Both the position numbers and the translations under genes were made by a program. A stretch of DNA of 64,000 nucleotides from Macrostomum lignano. Its lineage: Eukaryota. Shown here piece after piece: positions 14,348 through 27,479 of this stretch; position 1 is the first letter of the stretch; each line of letters opens with the position of its first letter. Location: contig NIVC01000905.1 in NCBI GenBank assembly GCA_002269645.1, positions 248,001 through 312,000 on the forward strand. Direction: 5' to 3'. Below the pieces are notes generated by a model. That model had not been told where the DNA came from, made no database searches, and worked only from the letters and a program-made list of their open reading frames with translations.

Positions 14348-14681
14348 TATAGTTGAATGTTACGAAATGAAAATAAATGGTCACGCCTAAAAGAAGCCAA
14401 CAATAGTTGTAACCTTTTTTGTTTAGAATCTGAGTTTAAGTGGGAGTAATTAAACATATATTCGTAAGGATTTTGTCACATATTACAATAGAACAGGAAT
14501 CTACCGTGTTAGCCGCTCTGAATAAATTCGCAACTTGGGGTTCTTCATACCGTAGAAGAGATATGATTTTCCAAAAAGTTCATTACAAGTGAACATGCAT
14601 CCTACAATAAAATTGGTGCACGAGTCGCTGCATTAAAGTATACTCAGCCAGTTTTCAGCCGATAATCGTTAGCATTTTTAA

Positions 14682-15114
14682 TTATCGTCTTCCCGACATG
14701 TAGTAGTGCCTGCAGCAACAGTAAGGGTGGTCCTTTTTTTGGGAACTAAAATTTTAACCAAATTTTGAGTAAAAACAATAGAAATATGTATGGAAAAATA
14801 TACAGAGCTGCTAGCATTTGCCCATGGCATCCTCACCAGCTGAACTTCTTGCACACATTGCAGTTGGAGACAATGTAGCATCCAGCATTGCTGCTGAAGT
14901 GCTTGCAACACTTGCAAGACAGTCTTCCGTTGCCTCCATTATTGTGCCAGAATGCGGCAAAGTCCTTCACCTTACTGAAAGTTAGCAGGATATCTCTGGC
15001 GCTTTTTAGTGACTAATTCAAATTAAAATAATTTCAGATGTCAGCTGGATTGACTTACGTGCAATTTTCGCAATCCCAAAAAAACAACGATTTACCGCTG
15101 CAGCAGTCCACCAT
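14682..15114 (-). CDS. CCH-1: 85-aa Cys/His-rich microprotein, 3 exons
   Basis: Exons 15114-15059, 14974-14837, 14745-14682; GT-AG phase-2 introns of 84 and 91 nt; MVDCCSGKSLFFWDCENCTKVKDFAAFWHNNGGNGRLSCKCCKHFSSNAGCYIVSNCNVCKKFSCSQKKDHPYCCCRHYYMSGRR*. Confidence 0.8.
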
Positions 15115-15549
15115 TCTTAAGCTTTTTAGCTGGTAACAAAAAGTAATTCCTTGAGGCAGTTTCTAGCATTGAAGGAAACTAAAAATGCATCCAATTCATA
15201 TACGAGCTACACCCGTTTACACGGTACTGCATTGTAAGTTTAAGCGGTTGTTCCCAGTAGCTGTGATTCAACTGATTCGTGGCTACAGAGATAAAACTGA
15301 CAAACAATTCACTGCTGATAATGAATGCCGTTTTGTTATTAAACATTCTGCAAGTTTTTCAGCTGCAAAACTCAAATAGTTTCATTTTTCATCTTCTAAC
15401 AAGGACCAGTTCAGCGATTTTAACTTCAACTCAACCACAGATTTTTCTGCTCCAAGAGTCTAAAGATGTTGTTATAGCAAAAGATGAGATGACATGGCTC
15501 AAGGGGGAGTTGCTGAGATGCCATGGCTCAAGGGGGATTAGCATTTTAG

Positions 15550-15840
<291 letters not shown>

Positions 15841-16565
15841 CTATTTGTCAATAGTGTGTCTTAGTTCTCTGAGTGGGTGACTGCATGAATGAGTAACTGA
15901 GTGTTTCTCAAAAGTCATTGTCACTATGAACGGTGCCACATCAGCATGTATAGACGACTTCCCAAATCTATTTTGAATTTTAGTTGAATTTTGTTGCTAA
16001 ATTAAAATAAAGCGTCACGCCTAAAAGAGGCCAACCCATAGGCGATGGTTTTGTCACTTATTAAAATAGAACAGGAATCTACCGTGTTTGTGTCCGAAAA
16101 GACACCTAAAGAGTAGATTGAATGTTTTGTACTAACGTTTTTCAGAGTTTTCGTTTTCATAACGATTTATTGACAAGCTAGAACGCGGAAAAAAATATTC
16201 AAAAAGATATGAATGTGAAATCGCATGCATTCCGAATAATTGTATATTTGTTTTAATACACTTCCTTGCATCAATATGACAATCGATTATTTGTTGAATT
16301 GGTAAAAACATTATCCAAAATGTGAATTCTTTCAGCAACCGAAAGTGAATTATGAATTCTTCAAAAATGACTCGTATTGTTGTCGCGGTTACGAAGATTC
16401 ACCTTTTGAAAATAATGACGTCTTATGTTTTGGTACTCAAGATTTTTAGTTAGCAGTGAAATGGTTATTGATAATCACAATACGGAAAGTATTGTGAAAT
16501 AACACTATAAAAAAACGTATTATTGTGGTTCTGTAGTCAAACAATCCATGTCGATCTGTACCTGT

Positions 16566-17032
16566 CTAATCATTGACCCGATATTTACTTGGAAAGAAAT
16601 GGTAGCAGCAGCAGTTGGGGTACTCGTTGCGTTGATTGCCGCTGTGGAAGTACTTGCTGAAAAGGCAAATGTACAATTTTTTCGTGTTGCTAAGAGGCTA
16701 TATAATATCTGAAACAAAAAATGAGCTAACTTCAAAATATCTTTTTGTGCGCACCTGCGGTTGTTGTTGCAAACACTGCAATTTCTTTTGCAGCAACCGT
16801 CATCAGCCAGAATATCCTGCTCGTGATGAAGATAGCAGCACTGTGTCCTCATACCTCTGCTCAGTGCTTTGCTTTGCCATTCAATGTATTTCCTCATCAG
16901 GCTGAAATGTTTTTTTTCAAAATGAAGGACACCGAATTCAGATAAACTGGAGCAACACAGAAATGATTCAGACGCTACTTACACGCAGCGGACGCATCTT
17001 TGGTGTCCAACGCAACGACAACAGCTTGACAT
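16566..17032 (-). CDS. CCH-2: 95-aa Cys/His-rich microprotein, 3 exons
   Basis: Exons 17032-16983, 16901-16755, 16656-16566; phase-2 introns of 81 and 98 nt; MSSCCRCVGHQRCVRCVLMRKYIEWQSKALSRGMRTQCCYLHHEQDILADDGCCKRNCSVCNNNRSKYFHSGNQRNEYPNCCCYHFFPSKYRVND*. Confidence 0.87.
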
Positions 17033-17247
17033 TTCTATTAGGAGTTAAATCACTCAACAGATTGCAGTTGGAACAAGGTAGCTAAATCAATTTCTTTTAA
17101 ATTCATGCAGCCACTGATCGACAAGACGGCACTGCTTTTTATATTCATGAGATTATTAGGCAGTACCTCCTTATTTCAGTTGCAATTCATGATCCAGTTT
17201 AGTCAGTACTATATTCAGCAACAGGCAAAAACATCTGACACACCGTG

Positions 17248-18075
17248 ACTGCTGCATGACCCTAACATGACTGCTGCATGACCCTAACATGACTGCTGCA
17301 TGACCCTAACATGACTGCTGCATGACCCTAACATGACTGCTGCATGACCCTAACATGACTGCTGCATGACCCTAACATGACTGCTGCATGACCCTAACAT
17401 GACTGCTGCATGACCCTAACATGACTGCTGCATGACCCTAACATGACTGCTGCATGACCCTAACATGACTGCTGCATGACCCTAACATGACTGCTGCATG
17501 ACCCTAACATGACTGCTGCATGACCCACCGTGACTGCTGTATGACCCTAACAAGACTGCTGCATGACCCTAACATGAATGCTGCATGACCCTAACATGAA
17601 TGCTGCATGACCCTAACATGACTGCTGCATGACCCTAACATGACTGCTGCATGACCCTAACATGACTGCTGCATGACCCTAACATGACTGCTGCATGACC
17701 CTAACATGACTGCTGCATGACCCACCGTGGCTGCTGTATGACCCTAACAAGACTGCTGCATGACCCTAACATGAATGCTGCATGACCCTAACATGAATGC
17801 TGCATGACCCTAACATAAATGCTGCATGACTCTAGCATGACCGGTGCATGACCCTAACATGACTGCTGCATGACTCTAACACGACTGCTATATGACTCTA
17901 ACAAGACTGCTGCATGACCCTTACATGACTGCTGCATGACCCTAACATCACTGCTGCATGACTCTAACAAGACTGCTGAATGACCCTTACATGACTGCTG
18001 CATGACACTAACACGACTGCTGCATAACCCATCGTGACTTCTACATGACCCATCGTGACGGCTACATGACCCTAA
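17248..18075. repeat. 22-bp minisatellite (CCCTAACATGACTGCTGCATGA)n
   Basis: About 37 units; most contain one CCCTAA hexamer. Confidence 0.95.
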
Positions 18076-18451
18076 TCTTAGGGTTTTGTCACAGGCATGG
18101 TTTTTACAAGCATTTTATGATCTATTTTGCTTAAAGATTGGGTGAGTTCTTTGCAAGTCCATAAGTGAATTAGTAAGTCCTTTCGTGAGTCTCAGTTGAT
18201 GAGTTTATTGGTAGAGAACAGCTGTGTTCACCTGTTGGTCGCTAATCCATAGGTTACAATTCTTGCGAAATAAAGATCGATTTTTAAAGATAACATAAAT
18301 AAACAGTTCACACTCTAGGTCTACAACACGTATTTCGTAAAAATTCAAAGCTGAAAAGTCAATGATCGAGTCAAACAAAAATGAAAAAATGAAGTAATTT
18401 TCATTCGATCAGTCAAACTGATGGCGGCAGCAGTTCCTGAACTCAATGATC

Positions 18452-19249
18452 TCATAGAACTGAGCAGCTCGGAGTCTGGCACTGATGCCAGTAGAAATGG
18501 TAGCAACAGCAGTTTGGACGCGGTCTGCGGTTTCCATTGTGGTAAAATTCACTGAAAAAAATCGTATCATATGCTTAAATTAATGTTGATCCTTAGAGCG
18601 AAGATTTTAAATTAATATAGCTAATTACGAGCTACACCTGTCTTAATGGACTGGGCGGATGTGCAACCGACAGCTCAGCCGCAGCTGAAGGCTGCGTACG
18701 GCTGTTCAGTCCAAGGACTGGGGGGTCGCCACACACCCTCAATTACCCCAGCTAATGCTGGCACCCATTTTACAGCTGGGTGACCTGAAACAATGCAGAG
18801 TTGAGTGTCTCTTGCTCAAGGACACAAATTGTTCCGAGTTGGTTTAAGAATCGAACCTCCGACCTTTCAGTCGTGAGTTCGACGCTCTGATAATAGAGCG
18901 AAGAGTCAGTTGGCATTATCACTTTGGCGTTGTTTAATAAATCTAGAGTACGTACCTTCTCTTGTTGATGCAAACTTGGCATCTGTCCGGGTCGCAACAG
19001 CCATCGTCAGTAAGACTTTCGAGTGCATGGTGAATATGACAACACGGAGTCCGCTCTGCTTGTTGGTTATAAGTCAACTGGTTGTTCTTCCAGTCGATAT
19101 AATCTTGCATGAACCTGAAATTTTGCGTGCAAAAAAATCAATTTTAATTTTTTCCTTAGTTTGCAGCTCCAGTATGATGTGTGTGAGCGACTTTACCTGC
19201 ATCGTCGGCATCTTTGCCTTCGATTAACACAATAGCAGCAAGATGACAT
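18452..19249 (-). CDS. CCH-3: 103-aa Cys/His-rich microprotein, 3 exons
   Basis: Exons 19249-19197, 19114-18956, 18551-18452; phase-2 introns (82 nt; 404 nt containing a SINE); MSSCCYCVNRRQRCRRCRFMQDYIDWKNNQLTYNQQAERTPCCHIHHALESLTDDGCCDPDRCQVCINKRSEFYHNGNRRPRPNCCCYHFYWHQCQTPSCSVL*. Confidence 0.87.
18632..18895 (-). mobile_element. tRNA-derived SINE with CORE-like segment
   Basis: B-box GGTTCGATTC, TGTGTCCTTGAGCAAGA segment; homologous copies at 30172, 32225, 46155. Confidence 0.8.
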
Positions 19250-19482
19250 TTCAATTGAGCAGACTCTTCATAAAGATGCTGTATAGTTGAGATAAAGATA
19301 AAAAATCATAAACTTGCTTACCTGTTAGCATAAAAACATTTATAGCAATATGTTTATGAGGCAGTACCCTGAGGTCAATTAGGTAGCATACTTGGCAGGT
19401 ACAGGGAACTGCCTCATCTTTTATTGTAGTTACGTCATTTATGAATCATGCCATATTTCTAGCTTGAAACACAAATCTCTCT

Positions 19483-20045
19483 ATCACGACTCACTAATCT
19501 CTCTAGCGTGACCCACTAGTCTCTCTAGCGTGACTCACTAATCTCTCTAGCGTGACCCACTAATCTATCTAGCCTGACCCACTAATCTCTCTAGCGTGAC
19601 CCACTAATCTATCTAGCGTGACCCACTAATCTCTCTAGCGTGACCCACTAGTCTCTCTAGCGTGACCCACTAATCTCTCTAGCGTGACCCACTAGTTTCT
19701 CTAGCGTGACCCACTAATCTCTCTAGCGTGACCCACTAATCTCTCTAGCGTGACCCACTAATCTATCTAGCCTGACCCACTAATCTCTCTAGCGTGACCC
19801 ACTAATCTATCTAGCCTGACCCACTAATCTCTCTAGCGTGACCCACTAGTCTCTCTAGCGTGACCCACTAATCTCTCTAGCGTGACCCACTAGTTTCTCT
19901 AGCGTGACGCACTAGTCTCTGTAGCGTGACCCACTAATCTCTGTAGCATGACCCACTAATCTCTCTAGAGTGACCCACTAATCTCTGTAGCGTGACCCAC
20001 TAATATCTGCAGCGTGACCCACTAATCTCTCTAACATGAGCCACT
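19483..20045. repeat. 22-bp minisatellite (CTAGCGTGACCCACTAATCTCT)n
   Basis: Direct observation. Confidence 0.95.
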
Positions 20046-20765
20046 ACTGTCATAAACTTGGTAGGTGGTCAACTACAAGCTGTGGCATTCCTTCCGGCTT
20101 TACACTTGGTGTTTTTCTCAAAGCGTGTGTGCTTTCTCTCGGAAAAAATGGACATCATTTCTAAAAATAGAACAGGAATCTACCGCGTAGTAGTGTGTGT
20201 ACGCACGTGTTGTACACGTCGTCAATGCAGTAAAACCAATGTACTTTTATAAAAATAGCCAGCAAATAAAACTTTATAGTTGCGAGTACGAGCATTATTG
20301 CAGAGAATTTCTAAAAGTTCAACTGTCTATGGTAAATTTGTAAAAGTACACAACTAGACTTCGTGCAACAACTGAGTAGCTAATAATACTTTTGGACTTT
20401 AAACGATTGGGTTGTAGATGTGGGTGACTTTTTGGCTACTTTTTAACTTCTGTCTAATTTATTTTTCATACACAAAAACAATGCTTTAATTGAGGCTAAC
20501 TATGGCAGTTTTGAAAAAACGTCAGGCATTTGCTCAAGAGGCATTTATGCTACGGATAGTCACCGTTCTCTAAATACTTGTTGTGTTCGAGATGGATAAC
20601 ACGGTGCAAAATTTCATGATTTATTTAATTTCAAGTTACGAATACAAGACGTTTCAATTCTTTATAAGCAGCCACGCACTGATAGCATTGATTAGGTCAT
20701 GCTTGTAATGCAATGAGCACATATTAAGCTCATAATTGGTTCAGTCAGTGTTAATTAAGAGTTAA

Positions 20766-21241
20766 TCACTTTTTATAATTCCACGACTTGCCGTTGTGCT
20801 TGCAGCAACAATCTGGATAAGGTCGTTGATTTTTCCCGTCCGGAAAAAAGAAGCTGAAAAAGATTTTCGGTTGATTCCTAAGCGCAGAGCTGTCATTGAA
20901 ATTTTGTCAAAATATCAAAATGGGTTCCACAAACCTGTGATGTTTTACGCAGACTGGGCAGGTATTTGTGTCGCAGCACATGCCATCAGTGAGGTTCTTC
21001 CCGTGATGAATGTAGCAGCAGGGAGGCCTCTGCTGCTCGTGAGGACCCAGCTTAGTATTCTGCCAAGCAACGTAAGCCTTGGTCCGTCTGAAATTTTCAA
21101 AGTTGATAAGCTTGAAAGTTGAAAAATAAAATTAATCGCCGAATAAACGTCGAACAGTGAATCCATATCTTACGCGCAGTTTTCGCAGTCGTTCCGTTTT
21201 TTCACGCAGTTGCAACAGCCTGCTGCAGAGTAGGTCGACAT
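20766..21241 (-). CDS. CCH-4: 102-aa Cys/His-rich microprotein, 3 exons
   Basis: Exons 21241-21174, 21087-20935, 20853-20766; phase-2 introns of 86 and 81 nt; MSTYSAAGCCNCVKKRNDCENCARTKAYVAWQNTKLGPHEQQRPPCCYIHHGKNLTDGMCCDTNTCPVCVKHHSFFFPDGKNQRPYPDCCCKHNGKSWNYKK*. Confidence 0.87.
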
Positions 21242-21961
21242 TGCCTCACTGGAAGCCGCTGGTGATCCTTACAATGATTTGAGACCGGAATTCCTCCCTC
21301 AATACAGCTCGTCAAAGTCAAAGTTTTAAATAGAAATAATCAAACCAGGCAGTACCATAATACTGATGACCCAGAAGGTACTGCCCTGTAAGAAGGAGTG
21401 TTGTACCTTGAGCAGCAAGCTGACCTTCCATGCTTAGTGGACCACGTGGTGTTTACGTTTTGAAAATTATTGTTGCAATCATTAAACGGTAAGGCCTCCC
21501 GATAATTCACAGTGTTTCAATGTTGACTCAAACTTTAGAAAATCGCTTTTCAACTCAAGTCGGTTGAACATTCGACACATGTCACTGGAGACGCTTACAC
21601 TTGGATAAAACTTCCCATTAACCTTTTGATTCTTTAGAGATCCAAAATCTCAAATCAATAGATAAGTTTCCTGGGTCAGGACAAACTGTTGGCTAACACA
21701 AGCGGCATTTGGAGTAGCAGTTAAGTCTCATTTCAGAACTTCATTCAGAATCATTAGACTTGTAAAGCGTGCAAGTCCACCCGGAACTACCTGTTGTCGT
21801 CAGATCGTTAACTTTGTGCTGCGTCAGTTATAGAAATAGAAAAAACAGTAAAGATTAGTGAAAACGAAAATCGAAAAAGTCAGCAACTCTGACTATATGC
21901 ACCTGTTTAGATTCTCTACTGACTCCTTTACTCAGAAACACAACTTAAGTCACTTTGGTCC

Positions 21962-22362
21962 CGTTTGGGTTGTCAGGAACGTCAGTTTGGATTGTCAGGA
22001 ACGTCAGTTTAGGTTGTCAGGAACGTCAGTTTGGGTTGTAAGGACTATCAGTTTGGGTTGTCAGGAATATCAGTTTGGGTTGTAAGGAATATCAGTTTGG
22101 GTTGTCAGGAACGTCAGATTGGGTTGTCAGGAACGTCAGTTTGGGTTGTCAGGAACGTCAGTTTGGGTTGTAAGGAATATCAGTTTGGGTTGTCAGGAAT
22201 ATCAGTTTGAGTTGTCGGTAACGTCAGTTTGGGTTGTCAGGAACGTTAGTTTGGGTTGTCAGGAACGTCAGTTTGGATTGTCAGGAATATCAGTTTGGGT
22301 TGTCAGGAACGTTAGTTTGGGTTGTCAGGAACGTCAGTTTGGATTGTCAGGAACGTCAGTTC
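21962..22362. repeat. 22-bp minisatellite (TCAGTTTGGGTTGTCAGGAACG)n
   Basis: Direct observation. Confidence 0.93.
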
Positions 22363-22409
22363 TCGATCCAATCAATCTCGTTGTACCTTGATCAACCTTG
22401 TTCCAACAT

Positions 22410-23275
22410 GATCTACCCCATTCTACAGGGATCTACTCCATTTTACAGGGATCTACCCCATTCTACAGGAATCTACCCAAGTCTACAGGGATCTAACCCA
22501 TTCTACAGGGATCTACCACATTCTGCACGGATCTACCCCATTCTACAGAGATCTACCCCATTCTACAGGGATCTACTCCATTTTACAGGGATCTACCCCA
22601 TTCTACAGGAATCTACCCAAGTCTACAGGGATCTAACCCATTCTACAGGGATCTACCACATTCTGCACGGATCTACCCCATTCTACAGAGATCTACCCAA
22701 GTCTACAGGGATCTAACCCATTCTACAGGGATCTACCACATTCTGCACGGATCTACCCCATTCTACAGAGATCTACCCCATTCTACAGGGATCTACTCCA
22801 TTTTACAGGGATCCACGCCATTCTACAAAGATCTACCCCATTCTACAGGGATCTACCCCATTCTACAGGGATCTACCCCATTTTACAGGGATCCACCCCA
22901 TTCTACAAAGATCTACCCCATTCTACAGGGATCTACCCCATTCTACAAAGATCTTCCCCATTCTACAAAGATCTACCCCATTCTACAGGGATCTACCCCA
23001 TTCTACAAAGATCTACCCCATTTTACAGGGATCTACCCCATTCTACAGGGATCTATCCCATTCTACAGAGATCCACCCCATTCTACAGGGATCTACACCA
23101 TTCTACAGGGATTTACCCCATTCTACAGGGTCTACCCCATTCTACAGGGATCTACCCCATTCTACAGGGATCTACCCCATTCTACAGAGATCCACCCCAT
23201 TCTACAGGGATCTACACCATTCTACAGGGATTTACCCCATTCTACAGGGTCTACCCCATTCTACAAGGATCCACT
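22410..23275. repeat. 20-bp minisatellite (ATCTACCCCATTCTACAGGG)n
   Basis: Direct observation. Confidence 0.95.
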
Positions 23276-23723
23276 GTTTTAACCGCCCCGAGTTGACAAT
23301 ACTCAAAGAAATGCATAGCTCTAAAAGTGACTCGTATTTTTTAAATGTAGTTGAAGTGATGCAGATGGCATGGATTATATGTATAACCGATCACAATTAG
23401 CTAGTTTATTAAAAAAAATAAACTTTAAATACCGTAAATATGAAGTAGAATTTCGTGCATTAAATCAAAATAAAGTACATGGAACACTGACATCTGTACA
23501 CTGAAATCTGTGCTAAAAATAGAAATTGGAAAGCGCTCAAGGCTAAAAATAGAACTGGGATCTACCGCGTTTATAACCGATTTCAACAGTTAAATCAAAA
23601 CAGGAATGTGAAAACGAGTATTTGACTCAATTAATTCAGAATTTCACCAATATTCTGTGTCAGTTTACCACATATTGCAAATATTGGTTTCATCAATTTT
23701 CCAGCCACTTTTGCTTCCAATCG

Positions 23724-23850
23724 AAGGTTAATACACCTGTTAGATAAAGGTTAATACCTGTTAGACGAAGGTTAATACCTGTTAGAAAGGTTAATAACTG
23801 TTAGATGAAGGTTAATACCTGTCAGAAAAACTCGGTTATACCTGTTAGAC
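23724..23850. repeat. 19-23-bp tandem repeat (AGGTTAATACCTGTTAG core)
   Basis: About 6 units; on the minus strand most units read CTAACAG, resembling a 3' splice site. Confidence 0.8.
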
Positions 23851-23915
23851 AAGCAATATTACACTCCTAACCTGTGAGACAGCCAGCCAAGATACCTCGA
23901 TAGTGAGTGACTCAC

Positions 23916-23953
23916 GAGCAATAATTGCAGTTGCGTCTTCTGCAGCACTCCAT
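23916..23953 (-). pseudogene. CCH-5: orphan first exon (MECCRRRNCNYC + TC|GTGAGT)
   Basis: Same CC..CxxC + phase-2 donor layout as the other family members; no intact downstream exon identified. Confidence 0.5.
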
Positions 23954-24497
23954 TGTTAGACAATGTTCGACTTTAAATAATATCTAAACGTGTGCAGACA
24001 AAGCTTTTTTTCCAGATACACTGCCATGCTGTTCACAGTTTATGTATGCATGTGATCGCGCGATCACAGGGAAGTACCCAGTTGTTAGGACTTTTCCTAG
24101 GAGCAGCAGTATGTAAAAAGTATAGTTTTGAGATGCTGGCAGCTGCATAAGTAAGTAAAATATCGTGCCTTTATTGCATCCAGTTACATTATTTTATGGG
24201 ATTATAATTGTTATGAAACTTAAAGAAAAAATTAACACATTTTAATAATTCTGTAAACAATAAATTGCCGTTTTATCATTCGATTTCAACATCTTATTAA
24301 AGCAAAATTCTTTACAGGCTACTAACAGTAGCTAAAATATGTATGCGCGCCTAGATTTGTTTTTTCGTAGTTTTTATGATACTCGTAATTCGTAGCGCTT
24401 AGATTTGAAAAAAGGGTTTTCTATAAAAAATATGACGTTGCACTTGATGTCAGTGTTTTTGTTCGATTTGTCAAGCAGCATCATGGCACTTCTTAGA

Positions 24498-25197
24498 TTA
24501 AAGAATCCCGCAGGCTTCGCTGTGCGTCTTGAAACAGTAGTGCTTGCAACAGCAGTAGCCCTTCAGGCTGCAATAGAAGTCAAGGGGAGTTGAGTTAAGA
24601 ATGCTAAGGGGAGTGAGATTTCAGTAAGAACTTGGCATCTGCGCTCGTAATCGACACTGACTCGCCCTCTCCCTCTCCCTCCACCCTCTCTCCCTTCTCT
24701 CCCTCTCGCCCTGCCCCTCTCCCTCTCTCCCTCCTAACTCCCTCTCTCTCTCCCTCCACCCTCTCTCCCCTTCTCTCCCTCTCGCCCTCCCCCTCTCCCT
24801 CTCTCCCTCCTGACTCCCTCTCTCCCTCCTCTCTCCCTCTCTTTCTCTCTCCCCCTCTCTCTCTCACTCTCTCCCTCTCCCCTTCTCTCCCTCTCGCCCT
24901 CCCCCTCTCCCTCTCTTCCTCCCGACTCCCTCTCTCCCTCCCCTCTCCCTCTCTTTCTCTCTCCCCCTCTCTCTCTCTCTCTCCCTCTCTCTCCCCTTCT
25001 CTCCCTCTCGCCCTGCCCCTCTCCCTCTCTCCCTCCTGACTCCCTCTCTCCCTCTCCCTCCACCCTCTCTCCTCATTTTCTCTTCGCATTTTCTGCACCA
25101 GCGCACGTGGCAGCACCGTTTGGAGGGGACTGCCAGGCAGCAGCAGGGCCTCGACTGGCTGGCACTAAACTTCCATTTCTGGTAGCTGCGGACTGTC
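24498..25197 (-). CDS. CCH-6: middle and last exons of a Cys/His-rich family member (exon 1 not found)
   Basis: Last exon 24567-24498 (TTGCAG| xLKGYCCCKHYCFKTHSEACGIL*); middle exon from 25197 (CTCACAG| TVRSYQKWKFSASQSRPCCCLAVPSKRCCHVRWCRKCEEKM...); first in-phase donor is GA|GTGAGA at 24867, after an R/E/G-rich repeat. Confidence 0.55.
24660..25072. repeat. CT-rich (polypyrimidine) compound repeat
   Basis: Direct observation. Confidence 0.9.
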
Positions 25198-25249
25198 CTG
25201 TGAGTGGGGAGCGGGTAGTTCATGAGTGAGTGTATGAGTGAGTGTCCTG

Positions 25250-26850
25250 TATCCTGACCTTCTCTCATCCTGACTCTCTCTCAACATGACTCTCTCTCAT
25301 CCTGACTCTCTCTCAACCTGACTCTCTCTCATCCTGACTCTCTCTCAACCTGACTCTCTCTCAACCTGACTCTCTCTCATCCTGACTCTCACTCTCTCAT
25401 CTAGATTATCTGATCCTGACTCTCTCTCTCTCTCTCTCATCTTGATTCTCTGATCCTGACCCTCTATCATCCTCTCTCTCAACCTGAATCTCTCACAACC
25501 TGACTCTCTCTCTCATCTTGATTATCTGATCCTGACTCTCTCTCTCATCCTGACTCTCTCATCCTGACTCTTTCTTAACCTGAATCTCTCTCATCCTGAC
25601 TCTCTCTCTCATCATGACTCTCTCTCTCTCATCCTGACTCTCTCTCATCCTGACTCTTTCTCAACCTGAATCTCTCTTATCCTGACTCTCTCTCAATCTG
25701 AATCTCTCTAATCCTGGCTCTCTCTCATCCTCTCTCTCAACCTGAATATCTCTCAACCTGACTCTCTCTCATCCTCTCTCTCAACCTGAATCTCTCTCAT
25801 CCTGACTCTCTCTCATCCTCTCTCTCAACCTGAATCTCTCTCATCATGACTCCCTCTCTCATCCTGACTCTCTCTCAACCTGACTCTCTCTCATCCTGAC
25901 TCTCTCTCAACCTGACTCTCTCTCAACCTGAATCTCTGATCTCTGTCATCCTGACTCTCTCTCAACCTGACTCTCTCTCATCCTGACTCTCACTCTCTCA
26001 TCTAGATTATCTGATCCTGACTCTCTCTCTCTCACTCTCATCTTGATTATTGATCCTGAATCTCTCTCTCTTTCTCATCTTGATTCTCTGATCCTGACCC
26101 TCTATCATCCTCTCTCTCAACCTGAATCTCTCTCAACCTGACTCTCTTTCATCCTGACTCTCTCTCTCTCATCTTGATTATCTGATCCTGACTCTCTCTC
26201 TCATCCTGACTCTCTCATCCTGACTCTTTCTTAACCTGAATCTCTCTCATCCTGACTCTCTCTCAATCTGAATCTCTCTCAACCTGACTCTCTCTCTCAT
26301 CATGACTCTCTCTCTCAACCTGAATCTCTCTCATCCTGACTCTCTCTCAATCTGAATCTCTCTTATCCTGGCTCTCTCTCATCCTCTCTCTCAACCTGAA
26401 TCTCTCTCATCTTGACTCTCTCTCTCATCATGACTCTCTCTCATCCTGACTCTCTCTCATCCTGACTCTTTCTCAACCTGAATCTCTCTCATCCTGACTC
26501 TCTCTCAATCTGAATCTCTCTAATCCTGGCTCTCTCTCATCCTCTCTCTCAACCTGAATCTCTCTCATTCTGACTCTCTCTCTCATCATGACTCTCTCTC
26601 TCATCCTGACTCTCTCTCATCCTGACTCTCTCATCCTGACTCTCTCTCATCCTGACTCTCTCATCCTGACTCTCTCTCATCCTGACTCTCTCTCTCATCC
26701 TGATTCTCTCTCATCCTCTCTCTCAACCTGAATCTCTCTCATCCTGACTCTCTCTCTCATCATGACTCTCTCTTTCATCCTGACTCTCTCTCATCTTGAT
26801 TCTCTCATCCTGACTCTCTTATCCTGACTCTTTGATCCTGACTCTCTCAG
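25250..26850. repeat. CT-rich minisatellite with TCCTGACTCT core (14-18-bp units)
   Basis: Direct observation; same core as the arrays at 36570 and 43612. Confidence 0.92.
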
Positions 26851-26953
26851 GATTAGTGAGCATTTTGGGGCGCACATTCCTCAGATAAGTGGTTCTTACC
26901 AACGCGGAGTCTTTCTTGCCTTTCTTCCCGAGCCACTTATTTTGAGGTCTGAC

Positions 26954-27350
26954 TTACTGGGAACCTTTGCCAGGACGGCCATGGAAGGCTGTCCGAGTCT
27001 CCGGGTTTCTCAGGTCCAGCGTTAGTCGATGTCGGACTTCAAGCAAATAGGGCGGATGTTGGTCACTCTGTGCCCTCTGGACCGGAGAGCAAAGGGGCAG
27101 AAGACCCAGTCTATCCGCCTGGTCCGCCTGCTGGGGCCAAAGAAAGTTGGGGAGTTTGCAGAGACGCTGCCTCATAGTGCCGTTAAGGCAATCAGATCCC
27201 TGCTGGCCTGGACCAAGCAGAGGCGCATTGAAGTCACCGAAAACAAAAACAAGATCATAGGATGGATTTACATCCAGCAGGTGACCCAGGGTGTCGTAGA
27301 GGACCTCGGTCTCTGTGGGATTCTTGCTCACGACAAGATTCACGACAGCA
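26954..27350 (-). mobile_element. LINE apurinic-endonuclease fragment (RTE-like), inverted relative to adjacent RT
   Basis: PTETEVLYDTLGHLL...DLVFVFGDFNA motif on the minus strand. Confidence 0.7.
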
Positions 27351-27479
27351 AATCTAATCAACCATACGACCTGGAAATTGTCCCACTCGAGCCACTGTCA
27401 TTCACGGCCACGACAGCGACCAGGACAGTACTGCTCGGGTCCAGCTGCAGAGCACCTACGTCCAGCGGACCGAGATCCA

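Noticed and set aside
17248-23275. CRISPR-like regular arrays
   Set aside because: Head-to-tail repeats without unique spacers, no cas genes, eukaryotic context
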